DNA of 18,315 nt from Candidatus Krumholzibacteriia bacterium. Lineage in GTDB: Bacteria > Krumholzibacteriota > Krumholzibacteriia > WVZY01. The position numbers were made by a program, and so were the translations under genes. The first letter of the stretch is position 1. The number at the start of each line of letters is the position of its first letter. The notes beneath the pieces were generated by a model. The model ran no database searches. It was not told the DNA's origin and saw nothing but the letters and a program-made list of their open reading frames with translations. This document shows, one piece after another, positions 8,799 through 17,310 of this stretch. The stretch is from the NCBI GenBank assembly GCA_036478295.1, contig JAZGDW010000187.1, positions 1 to 18,315 on the forward strand, read 5' to 3'.

Positions 8799-10454
8799 CT
8801 AGTGGCCCAGGGGGTATTCCACCGAGACAAAAAAGCCATTGGAGCGGAAACCGTCGGGCGAATCGAGCCGTGAGCCCGAGCCGTTGTAGCCGGCCCCGAC
8901 AAAGAAACGCTGCGTGGCCTTGACACGGATGGCGGCCGTGAACGAGCCCGCGTTTGTCCAATCCTGTCCGCTTTCTTTCTCGACACCGAAGCGGCCGGAG
9001 ACCTCCGCATGAACACGCGGACTCAGATCGCCGGCGAAGCCGACCCCGCCGAAAACGTGGGCATAGGTCAGCGGATTGAAATAGCCGTTGTCCAGCGCCT
9101 GCTCGAAATCCCAGTACTCGACGCCTTCGGTCAGCACGAACGCGTTCTGCCACCGGCCAGCGCGGTTCAGGCGCGGGTTCCACTCGGCCCGCTGGGAGAG
9201 CGCGAACCGGCTATTGGTATCGCTGTAGCTACCGTACTTGAGCGCCCAGAAAGTGATGAGACGCCTCTGCAGCCGCCAGTCGACGCCCGCGTTGGTTTCC
9301 GTCACGCGGATCTCCCGAAATATCGACTGCGGAATGTCGAGGGTCTGCCGTGAATTGCCGATATCCACCCGCACGCGGTGGTCCGGCCTCAGGGTTGCGT
9401 ATACGTCCCACACCAGCAGGTTGAAACCGTTGTTCACTACCTGGTTGGGCGGCAGCGTGACCGTGTCGAAGCGGTTCCATTGCACACCGGGACCCACCGA
9501 CACCGCGACGACGGACGAGAGGTTCTTTTGAAACACGGCCGATAACTGGTCGCGCAAGATATCGGGAGACCCCGATTGTTTGAGACGTCCCGTCGCGTAG
9601 GTGAGCGTCACCTCGCTTCTTAGCATGGGTGCCATGCGGACGGACGACTCCAGCTGGTAGAAGTCACCGTCCGTGGAATTATCCCGAAAGGAAAACGTGT
9701 TGGATCCCCCGAGACGGCGATCAGTCTTGATATCCCGTACCGCCTTTTGCAGGTCGTCGTCGGCATTTCCCGCGCGCAGGGTCTGCAGGGCCAGGTCCGA
9801 GCGCCCCGACCAGTGCTGGGCGTAGGCCAGTCCCTTGCGCGCCTCAGTGTTTTCCGGCCCGTGCAAGAGCGCTTCGCGGTAGAGAGCCTCGGCCTCGCGG
9901 TGCCTGCCCGACGAGTTGGCCACCTCCGCCAGGCCAAGCCGCGCCTCGCTGTGTTCCGGGTTACGTTCGAGAACGTCGCGGTATATCTTCTCCGCCTCCC
10001 CGTGGCTGCCCTGCCAGGACAACACCTTCGCCAGGCCGATCAGAACGTCGTTCCTGTGCTCCCCGGTCGCGGGCAGGATTTCGCGGTAATAGGTTTCCGA
10101 AACGTCCAGCAGACCTTCCCAGCTCAACGCGCGCGCCAGGCCGATCTTCGCCTCCATGTCGCTCGGGTCCTCGCGGAGCGCCACTCGGTACCACGCGATC
10201 GCCCACGGCGTGACTTCTGCCCAGGTGTACTGATGCGCGACCTCGGTCGCGAGCGGTCCCTTGAGCAACGGGTCCTGTGCGATCGCCCGGCGGTAGAAAT
10301 CGATCGCCCGCTCGTGCTGGTCCTTTTCAGCCGCTTCCCGCGCCTGGCGTAGAAGCGTGTCGGTTTCGGGTGATGTGGTCGCCTGAACGTTCAAGGCGAG
10401 CAGCACCAGCGCGAGTCCCACCAGCATTCGAATGCACTCTCTTTTCAGATCCAT
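8799..10454 (-). CDS. TPR-repeat plus probable outer-membrane beta-barrel protein, PgaA-like polysaccharide export protein
   Basis: Signal peptide; repeated TPR units (AKIGLARALSW, VLIGLAKVLSW, ARLGLAEVANS, ARKGLAYAQHW); C-terminal amphipathic beta-strand pattern with GYFNP; adjacent to pgaC. Confidence 0.75.
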   Translation of the reverse strand: MDLKRECIRMLVGLALVLLALNVQATTSPETDTLLRQAREAAEKDQHERAIDFYRRAIAQDPLLKGPLATEVAHQYTWAEVTPWAIAWYRVALREDPSDMEAKIGLARALSWEGLLDVSETYYREILPATGEHRNDVLIGLAKVLSWQGSHGEAEKIYRDVLERNPEHSEARLGLAEVANSSGRHREAEALYREALLHGPENTEARKGLAYAQHWSGRSDLALQTLRAGNADDDLQKAVRDIKTDRRLGGSNTFSFRDNSTDGDFYQLESSVRMAPMLRSEVTLTYATGRLKQSGSPDILRDQLSAVFQKNLSSVVAVSVGPGVQWNRFDTVTLPPNQVVNNGFNLLVWDVYATLRPDHRVRVDIGNSRQTLDIPQSIFREIRVTETNAGVDWRLQRRLITFWALKYGSYSDTNSRFALSQRAEWNPRLNRAGRWQNAFVLTEGVEYWDFEQALDNGYFNPLTYAHVFGGVGFAGDLSPRVHAEVSGRFGVEKESGQDWTNAGSFTAAIRVKATQRFFVGAGYNGSGSRLDSPDGFRSNGFFVSVEYPLGH

Positions 10455-10469
10455 GGTTCTCCTTATAGT

Positions 10470-11735
10470 TTAGACGGCTTCCCGTATCGGCTTCCACTTA
10501 ACCGGCAAACGGCCTTTTTCCGGACCCCTGAAACCCATAGGCGTCGAGATGACAGTGACGATGGCCATGAAGATCCAATAAACCAGCGGATAAAAGATGG
10601 CGAGCGAATAGTACCAGGGTAGTCTGCGGTCATAACGCCGGTCGAGTATCACGCCGACGAGGAGCTGCAGGAGACACATCGTCCCGATCAACATGCCCCA
10701 GTAGTTCGGAATCGGGGAGGCGCCCACGGGCGGATAACCCGCCGCATAGGAGACCGTCCACAGAATCGTAAGCCCCACGAACGTGAAAGACCACAGGATG
10801 GACAGCGCGCACTCCGCCAGCACCGGCCACATGCGCCGCGCCCGCCAGACACACGTTGCTTTCGTGTGACGGCGAATGACCTGGGAGAGTCCCAGCGCCC
10901 AGCGTTTGCGCTGACGCCACAATCCGCGTGCGGTCGTCGGTACGCGCATCCAGACGATGGCTTGCGGCTCGTAACGGATCTCGTAGAACTTCAGCTGGAT
11001 CTTCCACGTCAGGTCGATGTCCTCCGTCGCCATTTCGGGCGCAAAAAGCCCCACGTCCAGTAAGACATTTCTGTCGAACGCTCCCACGACGCCGCTCATC
11101 GTCAGCATCTTGCCCCAGATGCGCGAGCCCCGCCTTTGCAGGGACACTATCGAGGTGAACTCGAGCGCCTGCAATTTGGCCAGTAGACTGCTGCGATTGG
11201 CGACTCGTGGATTCCCGGTCACGGCTCCCACCCGCGGCGATTGAAAATGCGGCACCATTGTTCTCAGGATTTGCCGGTCGGGAATGGCGTCGGCGTCGAT
11301 AATCAGGATGATTTCGCCCCGAGTGCGCGGGATGGCATCGTTCAGGGCCATCGCTTTGCCCTCGTTCATTTGTTTGTGGATGATCCGTACCCTGCCCTGT
11401 TTCGCGTACGGTTTGATCTTGTCCAGCGTGCCGTCCGTCGACCCGTCGTTGACGATGACGACTTCGAAATCGGGATAGTTTATCGCGAGCGCCCCCTCGA
11501 TCGTGGCCTCGATATGTTCCTCTTCGTTGTAGGCGGCTATCAGGACGGTGACGGACGGGCGGTACTTCTTGTCCCACAGCATCGGCCTGCGCCGTTCACG
11601 TCGCAGGTAGAAACCGATGGCGGTCGCGATCCAGACGGCGCTGGTGAAGATGGGGTACCACGCGAAGAAGATGAGGATGACAAGGTAGAAGGGATTCTTC
11701 TGGATCGACTCGATTATGGAGACGAGATCGATCAT
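10470..11735 (-). CDS. pgaC: Poly-beta-1,6-N-acetylglucosamine synthase (GT2, PgaC/IcaA family)
   Basis: AYNEE, NDGSTD, GKAMALN, IDADA, GAVTGNPRV, TEDID and QRKRW motifs; PgaC-like N-terminal YP..S..W TM segment; C-terminal TMs. Confidence 0.88.
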   Translation of the reverse strand: MIDLVSIIESIQKNPFYLVILIFFAWYPIFTSAVWIATAIGFYLRRERRRPMLWDKKYRPSVTVLIAAYNEEEHIEATIEGALAINYPDFEVVIVNDGSTDGTLDKIKPYAKQGRVRIIHKQMNEGKAMALNDAIPRTRGEIILIIDADAIPDRQILRTMVPHFQSPRVGAVTGNPRVANRSSLLAKLQALEFTSIVSLQRRGSRIWGKMLTMSGVVGAFDRNVLLDVGLFAPEMATEDIDLTWKIQLKFYEIRYEPQAIVWMRVPTTARGLWRQRKRWALGLSQVIRRHTKATCVWRARRMWPVLAECALSILWSFTFVGLTILWTVSYAAGYPPVGASPIPNYWGMLIGTMCLLQLLVGVILDRRYDRRLPWYYSLAIFYPLVYWIFMAIVTVISTPMGFRGPEKGRLPVKWKPIREAV

Positions 11736-12124
11736 CGCGCATCCAGTCCGTCCGTGGTCCGGAAGAGCTTTTCCTCGATGACCTTGCCGTTTACGATGCT
11801 GCTTCTGACCTCGACTTCGACGTACCTGGCCGTTCGAACCGCCTTGGGATTATCGACGACGATCCAGCGGCCCAGGTAATCCTGGATCGGGGCTTTTCTC
11901 GTGCGACGCTTGCTCTTGCGACGACCGAATTTCTGCGAGATACGGATGTTGTGAACCACCCAGCAACCGAGGTAGATTATCGTAAGGAGCGAGAGGATAC
12001 CGAGGGAAACGGCGGCGATCTTGGTCTCCGGGTTCAGCGGACGGCGGGCCACGATTCGCCAGTAAAGGACGAATACCACCCACAGCAGCACCGCACCCGT
12101 AACGTGTAGAACATGTCTAGACAT
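11732..12124 (-). CDS. Small two-TM membrane protein, putative PgaD/IcaD-like synthase partner
   Basis: Two TM helices followed by W-x-x-H-N...F-x-R-R (compare PgaD W-x-x-Y-N...R-R); ATGA overlap with pgaC. Confidence 0.65.
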   Translation of the reverse strand: MSRHVLHVTGAVLLWVVFVLYWRIVARRPLNPETKIAAVSLGILSLLTIIYLGCWVVHNIRISQKFGRRKSKRRTRKAPIQDYLGRWIVVDNPKAVRTARYVEVEVRSSIVNGKVIEEKLFRTTDGLDAR

Positions 12125-12188
12125 CGGTTCGATTCTTTGACTGCGGAATTTTTACGATTTAGATGGAAATTGTGACCACACAAGGTTG

Positions 12189-12204
12189 TGCAATCTCTGT
12201 GCCA
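12189..12204 (-). promoter_or_regulatory. Sigma-54 (-24/-12) promoter of the PNAG-like operon
   Basis: Minus strand reads TGGCACAGAGATTGCA, i.e. TGGCAC-N5-TTGCA with exact GG-N10-GC spacing. It is intergenic, correctly oriented and about 65 bp upstream of the ATG at 12124. Confidence 0.8.
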
Positions 12205-12295
12205 CGAAAAGGGCATGGGAAAGCGGTTTAGAGGGTGTCTTGCGGGCGGTGGTCGTTATCGAGGCGGGCCGCGGAAAAAAGCACGCTCCGTCGCG

Positions 12296-14119
12296 CTACT
12301 TCTTGAGGACGAGGAATGTGAGGTCATCGATCTGCGGGGTGCCCCTCATATGATCCTTGAGCTGCTTTCTCAGGGCGGTGCAGATGCGACCGGGTGAAAG
12401 ATGACGGTGCTTGCGAAGAAACGTGATGAGGCGCTTTCGTCCGAACGGTTCCTCGTCGGGATCGAGGGCGTCGGTTATCCCGTCAGTATAGGCCAGGAGC
12501 ACGTCGTCGCCGAGGCGAAAACTCCCCTCTCGTAACTCGTTGTTTTCCAACACCCCAAGCACGGTGCCGCCCGCCTTCAACAACCGGTGGCCGCCGTCCG
12601 GTGCCATGAGAATCGCCGGCTCGTGACCGGCGTTGCAGTAGGTGACCTCTCCGGTGTCCGAGTTCAAGACGCCAATGAACGCGGTGACGAAATCGTTGGG
12701 GCGCACCGTTTCCATCAAAATCTGGTTGGCCCTCACCGCGAATTCCCGGGCGGAAGTGAAATACGGGGCGCCGGTATGGAGCGTGGCGCGGAAGCTCGAC
12801 ATGATAATCGAGGCCGGCACGCCTTTGCCCGCGACGTCCGCGACGGCGAAGGCGGCGTAGGGTTTTTGTAGAGGAAAGACGTCCAGATAGTCTCCGCTGA
12901 GTTCCAGTGAGGGATAATTGCGCCCCGTCAGGGTGTACTTTCCCAATTTGCGAGATTTGCTGGGTGTAAAAAACTCCTGGATGGTGCGTGCTACCCTGAG
13001 TTCCCTTTCGATTTCCTGTTTTACCTGCTGTTCCTCGAAGAGTCTCGCACGCTCGAGGGAGACGCCCGCTATCGCCGCAAACGATTCGAGCAGGCGCAGG
13101 TCACCGGCATCGTAGGCGCAGGTACGGTTGCTCTCGAGATTGAAGAGGCCGATTACCTTGCCGCGGCTGAGCATGGGGGTCACCATTTCAGAGCGTGTCC
13201 TGCGCCTCGCGCTGACGTAGCGGGGATCCTTGGACGTGTCTGAGACAATAATGCCCTTCTTTTCTCGAGCGGCCCAACCCACGAGCCCCTCGTCGAGCTT
13301 GAGCCTCAGATGGGCTTCCCTGCCCGGGCGGTAGCCCTGCTGCAGGTGGCTGACCAGTTCCTGGTTCTTGCGGTCGAGCACGAAGATCGCAGCCGCGTCG
13401 TATTCGATGAGCTGCTTGAGGCTCGTCAGGAGCTGGTCGAGAACCTCGTCCAGCGCGAGCGCTTTGCCGAGGGCGAGGCTGATCCTGTACAGCACGGAGT
13501 TCTCGAGCCGGCTGCGTTCCGCCTCGCGGTACAGGCGGGCGTTGTCGATGGCCGTGGCGATATGGTCTCCGAGGGCGAGAAAGAACTCCAGATCCTCTCC
13601 GGAGAACAGCACCCCCGCCTTGTGATTCACCGCTTCGAGAACCCCGATCAACTTGTTCTTGCGCTTGAGCGGGATGCTCATGATCGAGCGGGTTTTGAGA
13701 CCGAGCTTCTTTTCGATACTGACGGAAAACCGTTTGTCTTTACTGAGGTCGTTGATTATCAGGGGGCGCTCATTCTTCGCCACCCACCCGACCACGCCCT
13801 CGCCCAGCGGGATTTTCGTACCCAGGATCTCGCGGCCGCGTTTACCGTGGGCGAGCGCGAACACCATATTCTTCTTCTCCGCATCGAGAAAGAGGACCGA
13901 CGCCGTCTCCACTGCCAGGGCGTCCTTGACGATTTGGAGGATCCGGTTCAGCAGCCGGTCCAGGTCGAGGGTCGAATTGAGCGCGTGGCTCGACCTCGTG
14001 AGGAATTGGAATTCCTTGATCCGTTTCTCGAGCAACTTCTTGTCGTGGCCCGGTGGGCGCGGCGATGAGCGGGGCATCGTGGTCGTTTTCCTTCTCTTAT
14101 GTTCGGATCGATTCGACAA
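12296..14119 (-). CDS. GAF-GAF-SpoIIE (PP2C) serine phosphatase, RsbU-like
   Basis: Two GAF domains (GEGVVGWVA, DEGLVGWAA) and PP2C motifs SGDYLD, VADVAGKG, YCNAGH, YTDGITD and DDLT. Start may instead be ATG 14077. Confidence 0.93.
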   Translation of the reverse strand: MSNRSEHKRRKTTTMPRSSPRPPGHDKKLLEKRIKEFQFLTRSSHALNSTLDLDRLLNRILQIVKDALAVETASVLFLDAEKKNMVFALAHGKRGREILGTKIPLGEGVVGWVAKNERPLIINDLSKDKRFSVSIEKKLGLKTRSIMSIPLKRKNKLIGVLEAVNHKAGVLFSGEDLEFFLALGDHIATAIDNARLYREAERSRLENSVLYRISLALGKALALDEVLDQLLTSLKQLIEYDAAAIFVLDRKNQELVSHLQQGYRPGREAHLRLKLDEGLVGWAAREKKGIIVSDTSKDPRYVSARRRTRSEMVTPMLSRGKVIGLFNLESNRTCAYDAGDLRLLESFAAIAGVSLERARLFEEQQVKQEIERELRVARTIQEFFTPSKSRKLGKYTLTGRNYPSLELSGDYLDVFPLQKPYAAFAVADVAGKGVPASIIMSSFRATLHTGAPYFTSAREFAVRANQILMETVRPNDFVTAFIGVLNSDTGEVTYCNAGHEPAILMAPDGGHRLLKAGGTVLGVLENNELREGSFRLGDDVLLAYTDGITDALDPDEEPFGRKRLITFLRKHRHLSPGRICTALRKQLKDHMRGTPQIDDLTFLVLKK

Positions 14120-14170
14120 AAGTTACTCGCCGGTCGGTGAAGACTCTTGCGTGGCACTGACGGCGGGCGA

Positions 14171-15262
14171 TCAGTGGACGGAGTCCATGGGATAGTGCTC
14201 GAGAATCTTGTCCGCCACCGCGAAGAAAGCCTGGGAGATGGGGGATTCGGCGTCGAGCTTGACGATCGGATTGCCGTCATCACCGCCCGCTCTCACCCTG
14301 GGATCCAGTGGTATGTGGCCGAGCACATCGGTCCGGGTCCGCTTGCCGATTTTCTCTCCGCCGCCGGTATCGAAGATGTCGGTTTTCTCTCCGCAGTGTG
14401 GGCAGACAAAGGTGCTCATGTTCTCGACGATGCCGAAAACGGGGACATTGACTTCTTCGAACATGCGCAGTCCGCGTTCGGCATCGACGAGCGCCAGCTC
14501 GGAAGGTGTGGTGACGATGATCGCCCCGGTGATCGGCACCGTCTGCACCAGGGTCAGTTGGACGTCACCCGTGCCCGGCGGCAGGTCGACGAGCAGATAG
14601 TCGAGCTCGCCCCATTCCACCCCCAGCAGCAGCTTCTTTATTACGCCCATGACGATCGGCCCGCGCCAGATGACCGGCATGCCGGGCTGGGTAAGGAAAC
14701 CCAGCGACATGAGCTTGATGCCGTCCTTTTCCAGCGGGCTGATTTCCTTGGTCTTCCCCGCCCGCGGCTTGTCGTGCGCTCCAAGAAGGATTGGCAGGCT
14801 GGGCCCGTAGACGTCCGCGTCGAGCAGGCCGACCCTTGCCCCGCGCTTGTGCAGCGCGAGCGCCAGGTTCACCGCGACGGTGGATTTGCCCACACCGCCC
14901 TTGCCGCTTGCGATGGCGATGATGTGCCGGATGCCGGCGATCGGAGCCTGACCGTCGAAGGGGTTCTCGCTGGACGGCGGGCCCGGCGGGCGCTGCCCCG
15001 CCTTCGCGCCCGTATCACTTTTCGGGCTCTGCACCACCACGCCGACGTCCTTGACCCCCTCCAACGCCATGACGGTGTCGAAGCAGGCGTCCTCGATGCG
15101 TTCCCTCTCGTCGCGGTCCGTGGTCGGCAGGGCCAGAGAGATCTTCACGACCCCTTCCGTGATGTTTATTTTCTGCACCCGGTTGTTGGAGACGATGTCG
15201 CCGCTACCCCCGACGTCGGTGACGCGGCGGAGTGCCTGTTTGACGGCAGGTTCGTTCAGCAA
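14171..15262 (-). CDS. mrp: Mrp/NBP35 (ApbC) iron-sulfur cluster carrier ATPase with N-terminal DUF59-like domain
   Basis: ASGKGGVGKST, DADVYGPS, WRGP, DLPPGTGD and ENMS..CPHC. Start placed at TTG 15262 behind the RBS GAGGT. Confidence 0.95.
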   Translation of the reverse strand: MLNEPAVKQALRRVTDVGGSGDIVSNNRVQKINITEGVVKISLALPTTDRDERERIEDACFDTVMALEGVKDVGVVVQSPKSDTGAKAGQRPPGPPSSENPFDGQAPIAGIRHIIAIASGKGGVGKSTVAVNLALALHKRGARVGLLDADVYGPSLPILLGAHDKPRAGKTKEISPLEKDGIKLMSLGFLTQPGMPVIWRGPIVMGVIKKLLLGVEWGELDYLLVDLPPGTGDVQLTLVQTVPITGAIIVTTPSELALVDAERGLRMFEEVNVPVFGIVENMSTFVCPHCGEKTDIFDTGGGEKIGKRTRTDVLGHIPLDPRVRAGGDDGNPIVKLDAESPISQAFFAVADKILEHYPMDSVH

Positions 15263-15345
15263 GGTGGACCTCTTGGTTGGGTGTGCGATCGCCGGCGAAT
15301 GCCGGATTCCTGTCGCCCGGCTCCCGGTCATTACCAATCGTTACC

Positions 15346-15375
15346 ATCATAATAGGACGGTGAGAACCTTCGCAA
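15346..15375 (-). promoter_or_regulatory. Putative sigma-70 promoter of mrp (TTGCGA-N18-TATGAT)
   Basis: Hexamer match in the divergent intergenic region. Confidence 0.35.
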
Positions 15376-15519
15376 ACGAAATAGCACGCGTAGCCGGCCG
15401 GCACCCGGAGAAACGCGCCTGGCATCAAGCCGGCGGCTCCGTCGCGCTCCTTCCCCCTGATAAACGGTACCCGCCCGGACTCAGCAGTGCGAGCTCAACC
15501 GGGCCGCCCGGATCGGATG

Positions 15520-15528
15520 TGGTAGAAT
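15520..15528 (+). promoter_or_regulatory. Putative extended -10 promoter of yjbQ (TGgTAGAAT)
   Basis: TGn plus TAGAAT 40 bp upstream of the ATG. Confidence 0.4.
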
Positions 15529-15568
15529 TCAGGCGGCCATTCCAAACGGGATCGCCGGGGAGCAAGGA

Positions 15569-16000
15569 ATGAACTGGTTTCAAAAAGAAATCGTACTCTC
15601 ACCAAAACCGCGCGGGTTCCATCTGGTCACTGCCGAAATCCTGGAGCAGGTACCGGAGATTCGGGACTACGAGGTTGGGCTGGCGCACATATTCATCCAG
15701 CATACATCCGCCTCACTAACACTGAACGAGAATGCCGACCCCACGGTCCGCAGTGATATGGAATCACATTTCAGCAAGATGGTCCCCGAGGATGCACCTT
15801 ATTACCGGCACACCGCCGAGGGGCCGGATGACATGCCGGCGCACATCAAGGCGACGCTCATCGGGAATGCTGTGCTGATTCCGATCAAGCAGGGCAAGCT
15901 CAATCTCGGCACCTGGCAGGGAGTGTTTCTATGCGAGCACCGTGACCGCGCCCAGTCTCGGCGGCTGGTAGTGACGGTGAATGGACGGCGGGCGGGGTAA
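15569..16000 (+). CDS. yjbQ: YjbQ/UPF0047 family protein (secondary thiamine-phosphate synthase)
   Basis: HTSASLTLNENADPTV, EGPDDMPAHIK and LGTWQGVFLCEHR. Confidence 0.95.
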   Translation: MNWFQKEIVLSPKPRGFHLVTAEILEQVPEIRDYEVGLAHIFIQHTSASLTLNENADPTVRSDMESHFSKMVPEDAPYYRHTAEGPDDMPAHIKATLIGNAVLIPIKQGKLNLGTWQGVFLCEHRDRAQSRRLVVTVNGRRAG

Positions 16001-16125
16001 GCTGGCGCACCGCAAGTTCGAAAAAGTGCCTGACGTTGGATAACACTGATTCTTGTTGCGGCACGCTTATCCAGCACGCGGAGCATATACCGTTCCAAAT
16101 TTTACTATTCGCGAAATGAGCGGAT

Positions 16126-16245
16126 TGTAAAGTATTCTTTACAGTGCGTAACCTCCCGATCCAATTGCACAAGTCGTTGTGCCCGAGGATCAAAACCCCG
16201 CAACACTCGCTCCGCACACGGCAAGTGTAAAGTTTATTTGACAGT
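16126..16245. repeat. Two copies of a palindromic box, TGTAAA-N6-TT(T/G)ACA, exactly 100 bp apart
   Basis: TGTAAAGTATTCTTTACAGT (16126-16145) and TGTAAAGTTTATTTGACAGT (16226-16245), 16/20 identical. Confidence 0.6.
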
Positions 16246-16362
16246 CAGGCGTGAGAGGCCGCACCGCGGCAGGCACGTGAAACACAATCGGCCCGCCACA
16301 CGATGCGTGCGTTTTGGTCAGCGGGTACGCGCCCGACAGGACACCCAACAACTTGATAGATG

Positions 16363-17310
16363 TCAATTGCCGCCGGAGCCAGCGCGGTAGACGCTCGAAT
16401 CCGGGTTGAAATCCATCCACCCGAATTGGTAGGCCAGGACGCCGGGTAGAAGCTCGCCCTTTGCGCCGGTCGCCCACGCGGTCAGTGCGCCCTTGTCGTA
16501 GTGGATGACCACTTCCCTCCCGGCCATCCGCAGGCGAAGCGGCGTCTCAATCTTCTCGAGCTCCACAAAAGGAAAGAACATCGTCTCCCCGCCGTGGGTG
16601 AGACCAAGACCGAGTGCCGTAGTGTCATGACCCGAGGGAAGTTCTTTGGGCCGGGGCGTGCCCGGCCGCCGGTTGCGGTACGTGTACGGACGCCCTTCCT
16701 CACCCGGCACCACCATGACGCGGGTTTCGGGATGGGTGTCGCGCCAGAACTTCCACGTGGTCTGCATCGAGGCGATGACGGGCAGCGGCGTGCCGGTCAT
16801 GGGACCGTGGATGGCCCGTCCTTCGAGCTGGGACCAGACGCTGTTGGTTTCGCGGTCTGCGATGAGCAGGTTGTCGTGGATGAGGCCTTCGGCGAAATCG
16901 AAGGTCAGTTCCCGACCTTTGATCGTGCGGGCGTACACGACGCCCGATCCGGTGAGCGGTCACCACGATGGCGCGACGGGTGTCTCACCCACCCGATCGT
17001 CCACGATTTCGTACATGGCCAGGTAGCGGACCGGATACGCCATTGCCCGGCCGTCGATGATCACGCCCAATACCAGGTCTTCGTCCGCGAGTGGCGCATC
17101 TCCGGCTTCGACCGACGTCAACTCGGTGGGCGAGGCGTGCACTTTCATATCCACTTCCTCGACCTCGGCGCCGGGACGCGGTTGGACACGGGCACGGATT
17201 ATGCGCACCTCCGGTTTCGGCGGGTCGGCCTCGGGTGCGGCCGCCAGGACATCAGGCGGACCCACCGCTACCAGGAGTGCAAGCACGGCTAAGAATGCTG
17301 ACTTCAGCAT
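16363..17310 (-). CDS. DUF3179-like secreted selenoprotein (in-frame TGA at 16962-16960 read as Sec, about codon 117 of 315 aa)
   Basis: ORFs 16960..17328 and 16363..16938 are in the same frame. The junction reads PVAPSW-TGA-PLTGSGVVYAR, matching the DUF3179 'xxCPLxGSG' motif. Other family-like motifs are AMAYP, EIVDD, NLLIADRETNSVWSQLEGRAIHGP and TTWKFWRDTHPET. RBS GAGGAGG precedes ATG 17310. Confidence 0.85.
16921..16959 (-). promoter_or_regulatory. Putative bacterial SECIS element
   Basis: mRNA after the UGA: 13 nt, then stem CGGGCGU, loop CGUGU, stem ACGCCCG (16946-16928). The apical loop starts 20 nt after the UGA and has G at its second position followed by U. Confidence 0.75.

Noticed and set aside
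14147..15352. 401-aa plus-strand ORF and other long antisense ORFs (e.g. 56..577, 13310..14068, 16501..17292)
   Set aside because: These are shadow ORFs opposite well-supported genes in GC-rich DNA, with no recognisable motifs.
16037..16075. DnaA boxes / oriC
   Set aside because: Only two 7/9 matches to TTATCCACA, no box cluster, and no typical origin-flanking genes.
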